64,000 nucleotides of DNA from Candidatus Cloacimonadales bacterium (GTDB taxonomy: Bacteria; Cloacimonadota; Cloacimonadia; Cloacimonadales; JAFGVF01), in assembly GCA_963677495.2 (NCBI GenBank), contig CAXXOU010000001.1, forward strand, positions 800,001-864,000. The letters are read 5' to 3'. This document shows positions 10,696 through 19,717 of this stretch, one piece after another. A program made the position numbers and the translations under genes. The first letter of the stretch is position 1. Each line of letters opens with the position of its first letter. The notes under the pieces were generated by a model. That model was not told the DNA's origin. It saw only the letters and a list, made by a program, of their open reading frames with translations, and did not search any database.

Positions 10696-11622
10696 ATGTC
10701 TAAAAAAGTACTTGTTGCAACAGTTAAACCTTTTTCAAAAGATGCAGTAGTTGCAATCGAAAAAGAATGCAAAAATGCAGGTTATGAGTTAGTTCTGTTA
10801 GAGAAATATGAGGATAATGCTCAATTTCTTGAGGCAGTGAAAGATGTTGATGCTTTAATCATTAGATCAGATAAGGTTACACCGGAAGTTATAGCAAAAG
10901 CAGAAAATCTCAAGATTGTTGTTCGTGGTGGAGCCGGTTATGATAATGTTAACCTTGAAGCCGCAAATGATAAGAACATTATTGTAATGAACACACCTGG
11001 TCAGAACTCCAATGCAGTTGCAGAGCTTGCGTTTGGTATGATGTTATTCATGGCTCGCAACAAGCTTAATCCTAAAGCCGGAACAGAGCTTAGAGCAAAA
11101 ACACTCGGTATCCATGCTTATGGAAATATTGGTCGTTTAATAGCTCAAATTGCAAAGGGTTTCGGTATGGAAGTGTTTGCATATGATCCATTTGTTTGTG
11201 ATTGCAAAATGGAAGAAGATGGAGTAACACCAGTCAAAACAGTAGAGGAGCTTTATGCTAAATGTCAGTATATCTCACTCCACTTACCATCAAATGCTAA
11301 GACAAAAGAATCAATTAATTATGACTTATTGAGCTCAATGCCTAAAAATGCTGTGCTTGTAAATACAGCTCGTAAAGAAGTTGTTCATGAGGCTGACTTG
11401 ATGAAGTTAATGGCTGAGAGAGATGACTTCAAATATCTATCCGATATTGCACCTGTATGCAGAGAAGAACTTGAAGCTAAATTTGCGGATAGAGTACTGT
11501 TCACACCTAAGAAGATGGGTGCTCAGACGGGTGAAGCTAATTTCAATGCAGGTATGGCTGCAATTAAACAGATAATTGGTTACTTTGAGAATGGAGATAC
11601 AACATTCCAGGTAAACAAATAA
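10696..11622 (+). CDS. serA: D-3-phosphoglycerate dehydrogenase (D-2-hydroxyacid dehydrogenase family, short form)
   Basis: IVVRGGAGYDNV, NTPGQNSNAVAELA, LVNTAR; ATG 10696 follows an AGGAGG RBS. Confidence 0.8.
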   Translation: MSKKVLVATVKPFSKDAVVAIEKECKNAGYELVLLEKYEDNAQFLEAVKDVDALIIRSDKVTPEVIAKAENLKIVVRGGAGYDNVNLEAANDKNIIVMNTPGQNSNAVAELAFGMMLFMARNKLNPKAGTELRAKTLGIHAYGNIGRLIAQIAKGFGMEVFAYDPFVCDCKMEEDGVTPVKTVEELYAKCQYISLHLPSNAKTKESINYDLLSSMPKNAVLVNTARKEVVHEADLMKLMAERDDFKYLSDIAPVCREELEAKFADRVLFTPKKMGAQTGEANFNAGMAAIKQIIGYFENGDTTFQVNK

Positions 11623-11638
11623 TCAAAAAAAGTTATGT

Positions 11639-11670
11639 ATAGGGATGGCTAAAAGCTATCCCTATTTTTT
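11639..11670. terminator. Terminator hairpin between convergent serA and sigma factor genes
   Basis: atagggatggct-aaa-agctatccctat followed by a T-run; overlaps the sigma gene stop. Confidence 0.7.
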
Positions 11671-12657
11671 ATTATCTTCATTATCAGATTCTTTCTTTAT
11701 TTCAGAGGCAGCGGTAGGAGCTACAGGAACACCATAAGTATCAGCAATATCTCTAAACTGTTCATCAGATAAAACAGGTCTACCTTTTTCTCGTTTCAGA
11801 ATAAGATCAGCTAGATTATCGGGCATATTTTCCGGTTTACAAGCAGTAACACTACCGGGAACACTCGGCAAGTCAGTTACTCGAATATTACCTGACTCAG
11901 TGATCTCAACATTTGTAAAAAGAAAACTTGGTGTTTCTTTATTATGCTCAAAGAATACCATAGTTAATCGATAATGATTTTTTGCTAATAGTCTGATTTG
12001 ATAATCATGAATTTTCTTTATATTAAGTTTAGGAATCTCATCTGTAGAAATCTTTTTACCAAAATAAATCCTCATCTTTTCTAAAGAATCAGTTTCAACA
12101 CACTTCTTAAATTTCTTCATAAAGCGTTGAATGTTTTCATTCAGTTTTGCACCGACAATATCCTTGGAAGTACGATATCCGGTTCGGATATGGTATTCAG
12201 CGAAAATATCTTTTTTGACACGATATAAAAGCTTTTTTAGTTTGTCATAACCTATATCTTCTCGCTCTGCAATCGCCCTAATCTTATCACCAGTTGAGAA
12301 GTATATATTAATCAGACGTTTTTGCTCAGGAGGTAGAGTATTGATAATTTCATCCAAAATAGGGTCATGTTTTTTCTCTTCGATAACATGGCTTTCCGGT
12401 AATTGTTCATCCGGAATAACATCGAAGTCTTGTCCTGTAAGAGAAATCTTGTTGTTCTTACAGAAGTCAGCGATTTCGTTGTTTGTAACCTTTGTCACCC
12501 AAGTTTTAATAGCTTCAGGTTTAACTTTCTCTATATTTAAATAGAGCTTCATTAAAACAATTTGAGCTATGTCTTCAGCGTCTTCTTTTGCTCCCAACTT
12601 CTTGTAGGCTATGCGAAAAGCTACATTTTGTACTGTTGTAAAATCAATTTTATCCAT
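11662..12657 (-). CDS. ECF-type sigma-70 factor with ~165-aa C-terminal extension
   Basis: Region 2: AFRIAY..LG..EDAEDIAQ and TWVTKVTNNEIAD. Region 4: LPPEQKRLI..IAERE..KKLLYRVKK. Confidence 0.85.
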   Translation of the reverse strand: MDKIDFTTVQNVAFRIAYKKLGAKEDAEDIAQIVLMKLYLNIEKVKPEAIKTWVTKVTNNEIADFCKNNKISLTGQDFDVIPDEQLPESHVIEEKKHDPILDEIINTLPPEQKRLINIYFSTGDKIRAIAEREDIGYDKLKKLLYRVKKDIFAEYHIRTGYRTSKDIVGAKLNENIQRFMKKFKKCVETDSLEKMRIYFGKKISTDEIPKLNIKKIHDYQIRLLAKNHYRLTMVFFEHNKETPSFLFTNVEITESGNIRVTDLPSVPGSVTACKPENMPDNLADLILKREKGRPVLSDEQFRDIADTYGVPVAPTAASEIKKESDNEDNKK

Positions 12658-12664
12658 TACTTTG

Positions 12665-12693
12665 CGTCCCCGTTTTAAAAAAACTCAGTCTTA
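12665..12693 (+). promoter_or_regulatory. Putative ECF-type promoter for the divergent small gene
   Basis: CGTCCC-N17-GTCTTA ~35 nt upstream of ATG 12728; inferred from the general shape of ECF promoters. Confidence 0.4.
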
Positions 12694-12727
12694 CTATGTG
12701 AAACTTAATCGAAAAGCGAGGTTTAAA

Positions 12728-12967
12728 ATGAAAAAGTTAGTTCTTTCTTTCCTAATGGTCGTAGTCTTAGTAAGTGGAATTTTTTGTCAAACATTTACTA
12801 CTGCAAGTGGAAGTACAAAGGTTGTAGCAGCTACACCTGTAATCAGTATAACAGATTTAGAAGGTGTCGATTATACAATAATAGTTATGAAAGCTGATGT
12901 AGATGATGGATCAGGAGATATTGAATATGTAGAGGTAGACGGAACTGTTTACATTCTAAATAGATAA
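12728..12967 (+). CDS. Small secreted acidic protein (79 aa)
   Basis: GAGG RBS; signal peptide MKKLVLSFLMVVVLVSGIFC; true start is the ATG at 12728, internal to track ORF 12611. Confidence 0.8.
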   Translation: MKKLVLSFLMVVVLVSGIFCQTFTTASGSTKVVAATPVISITDLEGVDYTIIVMKADVDDGSGDIEYVEVDGTVYILNR

Positions 12968-13043
12968 TTCAACCACATACTTAGATATCAGTCTAAATTT
13001 GATTTCGTAAATCAAGATTTTTTAAAGCTAAAGGAAGTGAATA

Positions 13044-13214
13044 ATGAGAAACACAGAAGTTAACAGATACAATAATGAATATTGGAACGAATCTGGTTGT
13101 GGGAGTAAGCAGGATAACCAATTGCTTATTATCAGAGACGATCGTGTTAAAGCCGACGAAATAGAATTTTTCCCGTCAGCTATCTCAGATAGTTGCACAC
13201 TTGTTCTTCTGTAG
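13044..13214 (+). CDS. Putative 56-aa protein, below the ORF-track cutoff
   Basis: AAGGAAG RBS then MRNTEVNRYNNEYWNESGCGSKQDNQLLIIRDDRVKADEIEFFPSAISDSCTLVLL*. Confidence 0.45.
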   Translation: MRNTEVNRYNNEYWNESGCGSKQDNQLLIIRDDRVKADEIEFFPSAISDSCTLVLL

Positions 13215-13608
13215 AGTCTGTAGACTCACACATTGATACTGGTTTAGAACACCTGTTTTAGGTATTGTTCTATGTAATACATGCAAAAAACATGTAAGAA
13301 GTCTTTATTTCCTAATAGTTTACACAAGTTTTTTACGGAATCGTATATAGATGAGATTTTAATCTCTTCAATTTAGTGCTATATGTGTTTATTTGTGCAC
13401 CGATCACCCAATCGGGAAAACTAAAATAGGGTAAAATTCGTTTTGGGCGTAATGCTTTTCCTATATCCGGAAATGGAATATGCATAATGCTTTTCGATTT
13501 AAGTTTTTTAAGTTTCAAAATAAATTTTGGGTAATCCTCGCAATTTTACCCCAAAATACCCGCTTCCCTCCTTGTAACAGCCGTTCTGGCTGTTCTTTCT
13601 TTCCTAAA

Positions 13609-13650
13609 ACCCTCACTTCCCCCCTTGGAAGTGAGGGTCTTACTTTTTTA
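13609..13650 (+). terminator. Intrinsic terminator
   Basis: accctcacttcc/ggaagtgagggt 12-bp stem followed by cttactttttt. Confidence 0.75.
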
Positions 13651-13704
13651 TCCATTTTTTCTTGACTCATATGTTTATTCTAAGATATATTATAAGCATA
13701 AAGG

Positions 13705-16700
13705 ATGGTCACCATGAAGAAAATCTATTTTGTTATTTATATACTCACGCATGTAGTTATAACTATTCAATCAATTAGAATTGATATAAATTTTAGTAGT
13801 CTTCAACCAAATGTTCTTTCTGAGATAAACAAAGATTTTAAGTACCCTGAAAAGATCGGAGAACCGGCAATTCCCTTTGTATCTAAACAAATTGTCTTAC
13901 CTTTTGGGCACCGAATAAAAGAGATTAATTATACCTCTTCCAATGATTATGTAGAAATTGATTTTCAAATACCTCCTATTCAACCTAATGCAACTTTCAC
14001 GCATGGAACATTCAGTTATGAGTTTGACAATGATATATATTCTCAGAATGAGTACTATCCAAATTCACCATATGAGTTAATGGGGGTACATAGAAAAAAT
14101 GGTGTGGACATTGCTGTTATCCGAATTTATCAATACCAGTATAATCCAATTAATGAAGATTTGATTGCCCATAAAAATCTAGCATTGAGCATTCAAACTG
14201 AATACTTACAAGAGATCGCTACAGAGCAAAGTAAGATGCTTCTTAATCCAGATAAACTGAGTGCTTCACTTTCAGCACTTAATCTAGAAAATTCAGAGCT
14301 GATAAGTACCTACTTTAACCAGAATCAAAACAGTAACAATCATAGAACATCATTAGTTTCTCCATCCAACCCATATAAGTATATAATAATCTCACCCTCA
14401 AATTATAGTACTGAATGGGCTACATTTATTAACCACAAAGCAAATTTGGGTGTTAACGTTGAAGTTTTTCTTACTTCAGATATTTATGCTAACTATTCGG
14501 GTAGAGATAACGCAGAAAAGGTTAGAAACTTCATTATAGACGCCTATACATCATGGTCCGGAACGGCCACGCCTCTTGAATATGTCCTAATGGGAGGAGA
14601 TTTCCAAGAAGTACCGGTTCGTTACGTTAAGGTTACTTCATACTATAATTCCGCCTGGAATCAGAACAGCTTAATATGTGACCAATACTTTTCAAACTTA
14701 GATGGAGACTGGGATAATGATGCTGATAATAGATTTGGAGAAGGTGATAGCTCTCTACACATTGAAGCTACCGGAACAGCTGGTGACGAAGCAGATTACT
14801 TAGCAGAACTTTCAATTGGTAGAGCTTCTAGTGATGATGTTGTTTACCTTCAGAACTGGATAAACAAAACTATTACTTATGAGAATAGCATTATTGGTGC
14901 AGATTATCTCAAGCGTACCGGTCTAATTGGAGAATACTTAGGTGGGGGAGCTTGGGGTGGTGACCATCAAGATGAAATTGAAACTTTCATTCCAGATTTT
15001 TACACTACAAAACTATATGCAAATGATGGTTCTTTTAACAAAACAAATGTAACAAATCTTATTAACAATGGAGTAAACATTATCTCACATATTGGTCATG
15101 GTAGAAGCTCCAATGTTCTTAGTTTGTATGAAGGTGATGTTGATACATTATTAACTAATACAGATTATTGCTTCATCTATACACAAGCTTGCGGAACTGC
15201 TAATATTGGTTATATAAATGCGATTGGTGAAATATTAACTAAGTACCCTCATGGAGCATTTGCATACATTGGAAACACTCATTATGGATTCTACAGCAGT
15301 TTTTTCAACCAAGGCTCAAACCAACTCTGTAATAGAGAGTTTTTTGATGCTATTATGAATGAAGGGATAGTAGAATTAGGTAGAGCAAATACTGATTCTA
15401 AAGAGGATATTATTGATTTAGTAGGTACAGTAGGAACAATGAGGCAGACCTACTTGGAGTTGATGCTCTTTGGTGACCCAATATTAACATTACATAAAGA
15501 TGTTGCAACACTTAGTGCTGAACAAACAGGCTCTACAGAGGTAACTCTACACTTAGATGATTTTACTCCTGACAATACTGCATATTCAGGGACATATACT
15601 GTTTATGAGCGAGATAACTCAAGCTCAGTAATTGGAGTTTCTAACATCTCGGTATCAGGTAGTGATATAATCTTATCGCTTTCTTCTGCTATACCGGAAG
15701 GAATCCCTTTCTCAGTTGATATATCAGGAATAACAGGAGTAAGCGGAGTCCTGACTAAAAACATTGCTATGCTTTCGAACATTATTGAGTTAAGTGTGAT
15801 AACTAATGATACATGGACAATCTCAAATAGTCCGTATTATGTCTACAAATACCTCTTCGTAAAAAATAGTCTCAATATTGAACCGGGTGTGGAGGTAAGA
15901 GTAAACTCAGACATCGGTATTTACATTTACGATAATGGAAACCTAAACGCTTCTGGAACTCAAGAAAACCCCATAATATTTAGTAGTTATGATCCTACAT
16001 CCACAGTTGAAGGTGATTGGGTAGATATAACTTTTCATGAAAGTTGTGCAACTTCAGGAAACTCTCTGTCTCATTGCATTGTTAAAAATGCTTCATCAGG
16101 AGTATGGGTAGACTCAACAGCTGTTGTCTCAATATCAGATTGTATGATTATCAACTCTCCTGACTACGGCTTCTATAGTTATTATGGAAATCAGACTCTC
16201 TCGAACACAATAATAGCATTCAACAATGGTTCTGTAGGTGAAAATGGAGTATATTTTGAAGGTGTTAACTCAGTAGTTTCAAACCTTACTTTCTCTGGGA
16301 ATGATATTGCCGATTTTACAGTTATCGATTCTGACCTGCAGATTACTAACAGTATAATTAGAGGTTTAAACGGTTCTATCATAGATACGGGTTCTACATT
16401 ACAAATTGACTACTCCAATATTGATGGTGGATATCCCGGTACAGGTAACATTGATATGGATCCCATGTTTAATGATCCGGACAGTAATGACTATTCTCTT
16501 GATGCTAACTCTCCATGCATAGATACCGGAGATGAGGGTGATGATAGTGACCCGGATGACACGATCCCTGATATGGGTGCAGTTTATTATGACCATCCAA
16601 TATCTTTTTCTGCTTTGTTCACTAGAGGAGACGCACCAATAGATGTTTCCTTTACTAATGAATCAGAAGGATCTCCAACTCTTATACAATGGGATTTTGA

Positions 16701-17055
16701 TAATGATGGTGCTTGGGATGCTAATGGTGATAATCCAAGCTTTGAATTTAATTCTCCAGGTAGATATGATGTTGTTCTTAGGCTTGAGAAATCCTCATGG
16801 AGTGACACTTTGATTGTTGAGGATTGCATTATTGTTACAGACAATCAACTTGATTCTGTTTCCAACCCAATAATCACATCCACTGAGTTGAACTGGGACA
16901 ATGACACGAATGCAGAATACTATCTTATATATTCTAGTGAAAACCCTTATTCAAACTTCGGTTTCTATGATTATACAACAAGTAATCAAACTCTTATCTC
17001 TGATACTGAAGAGAAGATTTTCTTCCAGATTAAGAAAGTCATGACTAATCCCTAG
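13705..17055 (+). CDS. Peptidase C25 (gingipain-like) with prodomain, beta-helix repeats, PKD domain and Fn3-like tail
   Basis: GEPAIPF prodomain; YVLMGGD, CDQYFSNLDG, SIGRA; catalytic HIGHG and QACG; LFGDP; WDFDNDG...PGRYDV (PKD). Start is 13705 or 13714. Confidence 0.88.
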   Translation: MVTMKKIYFVIYILTHVVITIQSIRIDINFSSLQPNVLSEINKDFKYPEKIGEPAIPFVSKQIVLPFGHRIKEINYTSSNDYVEIDFQIPPIQPNATFTHGTFSYEFDNDIYSQNEYYPNSPYELMGVHRKNGVDIAVIRIYQYQYNPINEDLIAHKNLALSIQTEYLQEIATEQSKMLLNPDKLSASLSALNLENSELISTYFNQNQNSNNHRTSLVSPSNPYKYIIISPSNYSTEWATFINHKANLGVNVEVFLTSDIYANYSGRDNAEKVRNFIIDAYTSWSGTATPLEYVLMGGDFQEVPVRYVKVTSYYNSAWNQNSLICDQYFSNLDGDWDNDADNRFGEGDSSLHIEATGTAGDEADYLAELSIGRASSDDVVYLQNWINKTITYENSIIGADYLKRTGLIGEYLGGGAWGGDHQDEIETFIPDFYTTKLYANDGSFNKTNVTNLINNGVNIISHIGHGRSSNVLSLYEGDVDTLLTNTDYCFIYTQACGTANIGYINAIGEILTKYPHGAFAYIGNTHYGFYSSFFNQGSNQLCNREFFDAIMNEGIVELGRANTDSKEDIIDLVGTVGTMRQTYLELMLFGDPILTLHKDVATLSAEQTGSTEVTLHLDDFTPDNTAYSGTYTVYERDNSSSVIGVSNISVSGSDIILSLSSAIPEGIPFSVDISGITGVSGVLTKNIAMLSNIIELSVITNDTWTISNSPYYVYKYLFVKNSLNIEPGVEVRVNSDIGIYIYDNGNLNASGTQENPIIFSSYDPTSTVEGDWVDITFHESCATSGNSLSHCIVKNASSGVWVDSTAVVSISDCMIINSPDYGFYSYYGNQTLSNTIIAFNNGSVGENGVYFEGVNSVVSNLTFSGNDIADFTVIDSDLQITNSIIRGLNGSIIDTGSTLQIDYSNIDGGYPGTGNIDMDPMFNDPDSNDYSLDANSPCIDTGDEGDDSDPDDTIPDMGAVYYDHPISFSALFTRGDAPIDVSFTNESEGSPTLIQWDFDNDGAWDANGDNPSFEFNSPGRYDVVLRLEKSSWSDTLIVEDCIIVTDNQLDSVSNPIITSTELNWDNDTNAEYYLIYSSENPYSNFGFYDYTTSNQTLISDTEEKIFFQIKKVMTNP

Positions 17056-17123
17056 TAAAAAAACATTGTAAGAGTAGGAATCCTAAATAAACTGTAATCA
17101 ACAATACTAAAGGTAATAAAAAT

Positions 17124-18506
17124 ATGCGTAAAGAAAATGATGCTTTAGGTGAAGTATATATAGACGACGATAAGTATTGGGGAGTTCAAACACAAAGAGC
17201 TATTGAGAACTTTAATGTCTCAAGTCTCAGATTCCCTAAAATTTTCTATAAAGCTTTGGCTGAAGTTAAACTGGCTGCTTTAAGAACCAATTATAGACTT
17301 GGATATATAGATGACGACAAGTTTGAAGCTATCACAAGTGCTATCCTTGAAATTATTGATGGAGATCATGCAGACCAATTTCAACTAGATGCCTTACAAG
17401 GCGGTGCAGGGACTTCATCAAACATGAATATGAATGAAGTTATTGCAAACCTGGCCATAAAATATATAAATGAGGAATTAGGTAATTCTAGCTCTATACA
17501 ACCTTTGCATGACATAAATATGCATCAATCCACTAATGATGTATTCCCAACAGCGACAAGAATTGCATTGTTATACCTCTTAAAAGATTTAGAGTTATCT
17601 ACCGGTAAACTTCAGGAGGAACTGCAAAAGAAAGAGCAGAAATTTCACCACACTGTCAAACTTGGTAGAACTCAGTTACAAGACGCTGTTCCAATGACAT
17701 TAGGCCAGGAGTTTAGTGCCTACTCTGAAGCTCTTGCCAGAGATCGATGGAGAATTTTCAAGTGTAGAGAAAGAATCAAGGTTATCAACTTAGGTGGAAC
17801 TGCTATAGGAACCGGTTTAGGTGCTCCACGTGAGTATATATTCAAAGTAGTGGAAGCATTGAAAGAGATAACAGGATTAACAATAGCCCGTAGTGAGAAT
17901 CCCATAGAAACTACACAGAATCTTGACCCATTCGTTGAAGTCTCCGGCATGCTAAAAACTCTTGCTGTTAATCTAATGAAGATTGCTAATGACTTAAGAA
18001 TCCTAGCATCTGGTCCACAAGGTGGAGTAGGTGAGATTATTCTACCTGCAAGACAAGCAGGATCATCTATTATGCCCACTAAGATAAACCCTGTGATCCC
18101 TGAGATGGTGGTTCAAGCTTCATTAAAGGTTATGGGTAACGATTCAGTCTTAACAACAGCCTCTGCTTTGGGGAACCTTGAACTAAATCACCTTTTCCCA
18201 TTAATAACTCAAACCATTCTTGAATCTGCAGAGATTCTTAATAATACTTGTAATATCTTTGCTGACTTCTGTATTTCAGGCATAAAAGCAAATGAAGAGA
18301 AGTGCAACGAACACTTAATGAAGGGATCAATCATGGCAACAGTATTAGTTCCGGAACTTGGGTATAAGAAAGTCGAAGAACTGCTTCTTGAGTCAAAAGA
18401 AAAAGACGTTAACATAACAGACCTGATTGTCGAAAAGAGCTTAATGTCTAAAGATGAGATTAACAAACTTTTCGAACCGGGAAGAATGTATAAATTAGGA
18501 TTTTAA
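17124..18506 (+). CDS. aspA: Aspartate ammonia-lyase (fumarase/aspartase superfamily)
   Basis: WGVQTQRAIENF, QGGAGTSSNMN, HQSTND, GRTQLQDA, GSSIMPTKINPV. Confidence 0.9.
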   Translation: MRKENDALGEVYIDDDKYWGVQTQRAIENFNVSSLRFPKIFYKALAEVKLAALRTNYRLGYIDDDKFEAITSAILEIIDGDHADQFQLDALQGGAGTSSNMNMNEVIANLAIKYINEELGNSSSIQPLHDINMHQSTNDVFPTATRIALLYLLKDLELSTGKLQEELQKKEQKFHHTVKLGRTQLQDAVPMTLGQEFSAYSEALARDRWRIFKCRERIKVINLGGTAIGTGLGAPREYIFKVVEALKEITGLTIARSENPIETTQNLDPFVEVSGMLKTLAVNLMKIANDLRILASGPQGGVGEIILPARQAGSSIMPTKINPVIPEMVVQASLKVMGNDSVLTTASALGNLELNHLFPLITQTILESAEILNNTCNIFADFCISGIKANEEKCNEHLMKGSIMATVLVPELGYKKVEELLLESKEKDVNITDLIVEKSLMSKDEINKLFEPGRMYKLGF

Positions 18507-18517
18507 AGGAAATATAA

Positions 18518-19717
18518 ATGGCAAAAGTACCACGTGGGGAACGTCTAGTTCTCACTCTGATTGGAAAACGTAATGCAGGAAAATCATCACTCATTAATGC
18601 TCTAACCGGGCAAAACATATCTATTGTGTCAGACACACCTGGAACTACAACTGATCCGGTAGCCAAAGCTTATGAACTTCTTCCTCTTGGTCCGGTAACT
18701 ATTTATGATACTGCAGGTGTGGATGATGTTGGTGACTTAGGTGAAGAGAGAGTTAAAAGAACTCGTAAAATCCTCTTCCGTACAGACATTGCTATTATTG
18801 TAACTGAATCAACTGAAGTTGATGATGGGCTCAATGAACTTATTGCAAGCGTAAACAAACTTAAGATTCCATATATTGTTGTTTTTAATAAAGCTGATGT
18901 TAATCAACTTCCAAAAGAAACTAAAGACTACTGTAAAGAGAATAAGATAAATTTCATATCTGTATCTAGCTCAGAGGGCAAAGGTGTCAGAATGCTTAAA
19001 GAGAAGCTTATGATGCTAGCACCATCTGAGATGATAAAAGAGCAGGTTTTAGTTAGTGATCTTATACGCCCTTCTCAAACTGTGTTATTAGTGGTTCCCA
19101 TCGATCTCGCAGCACCGAAAGGCAGACTCATTCTGCCACAAGTACAGGTCTTAAGAGAAGTTTTAGATAGTGATGCAATAGGAATTATTGTTAAAGAACG
19201 TGAACTTGAACATTCAATCACTGAACTAAAACGTGAACCTGACCTCGTTATTACCGATTCTCAGGTAGTTCTCAAAGTAGTTGGAGATCTGGACCCTGAT
19301 ATCAAATTAACCACATTCTCGACCCTCTTTGCTCGCTATAAAGGCAATTTTGAGACTTTGATCGATGGTGCAAAGATGATTGATGAACTACAAGATGGAG
19401 ATAGAGTCCTTATTGCTGAATCATGTTCTCATCACGTACAACCTGACGATATAGGCAGAGTAAAGATTCCTCGTTGGATTAGACAATATACCGGTAAAGA
19501 TATTAAGTTTGAAGTAGCAGCAGGACACGACTTTCCGGAAGACTTGGAAGACTTCGCATTGGTTATGCATTGTGGTGCTTGTATGACAAATAGAATGGAA
19601 GTCAAACGCAGGATTCTTGAATGCGAAAGAAGGGGAGTTAAGATTACCAATTACGGAATCGCTATTTCAAAGCTACACGGAGTATTAGATAGAGTTATTG
19701 CTCCATTCTTTAGTTAG
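18518..19717 (+). CDS. hydF: [FeFe]-hydrogenase H-cluster maturation GTPase
   Basis: GKRNAGKSS, DTAG, NKAD; APKGRLILPQ; Fe-S ligands CSHH and HCGACM. Confidence 0.95.
   Translation: MAKVPRGERLVLTLIGKRNAGKSSLINALTGQNISIVSDTPGTTTDPVAKAYELLPLGPVTIYDTAGVDDVGDLGEERVKRTRKILFRTDIAIIVTESTEVDDGLNELIASVNKLKIPYIVVFNKADVNQLPKETKDYCKENKINFISVSSSEGKGVRMLKEKLMMLAPSEMIKEQVLVSDLIRPSQTVLLVVPIDLAAPKGRLILPQVQVLREVLDSDAIGIIVKERELEHSITELKREPDLVITDSQVVLKVVGDLDPDIKLTTFSTLFARYKGNFETLIDGAKMIDELQDGDRVLIAESCSHHVQPDDIGRVKIPRWIRQYTGKDIKFEVAAGHDFPEDLEDFALVMHCGACMTNRMEVKRRILECERRGVKITNYGIAISKLHGVLDRVIAPFFS

Noticed and set aside
12659..12671. c-di-GMP-I riboswitch (GGGACGCAAAG on the minus strand before the sigma gene)
   Set aside because: The upstream GGCAAA/GNRA P2 stem is missing and the motif abuts the start codon; better explained as RBS plus divergent promoter
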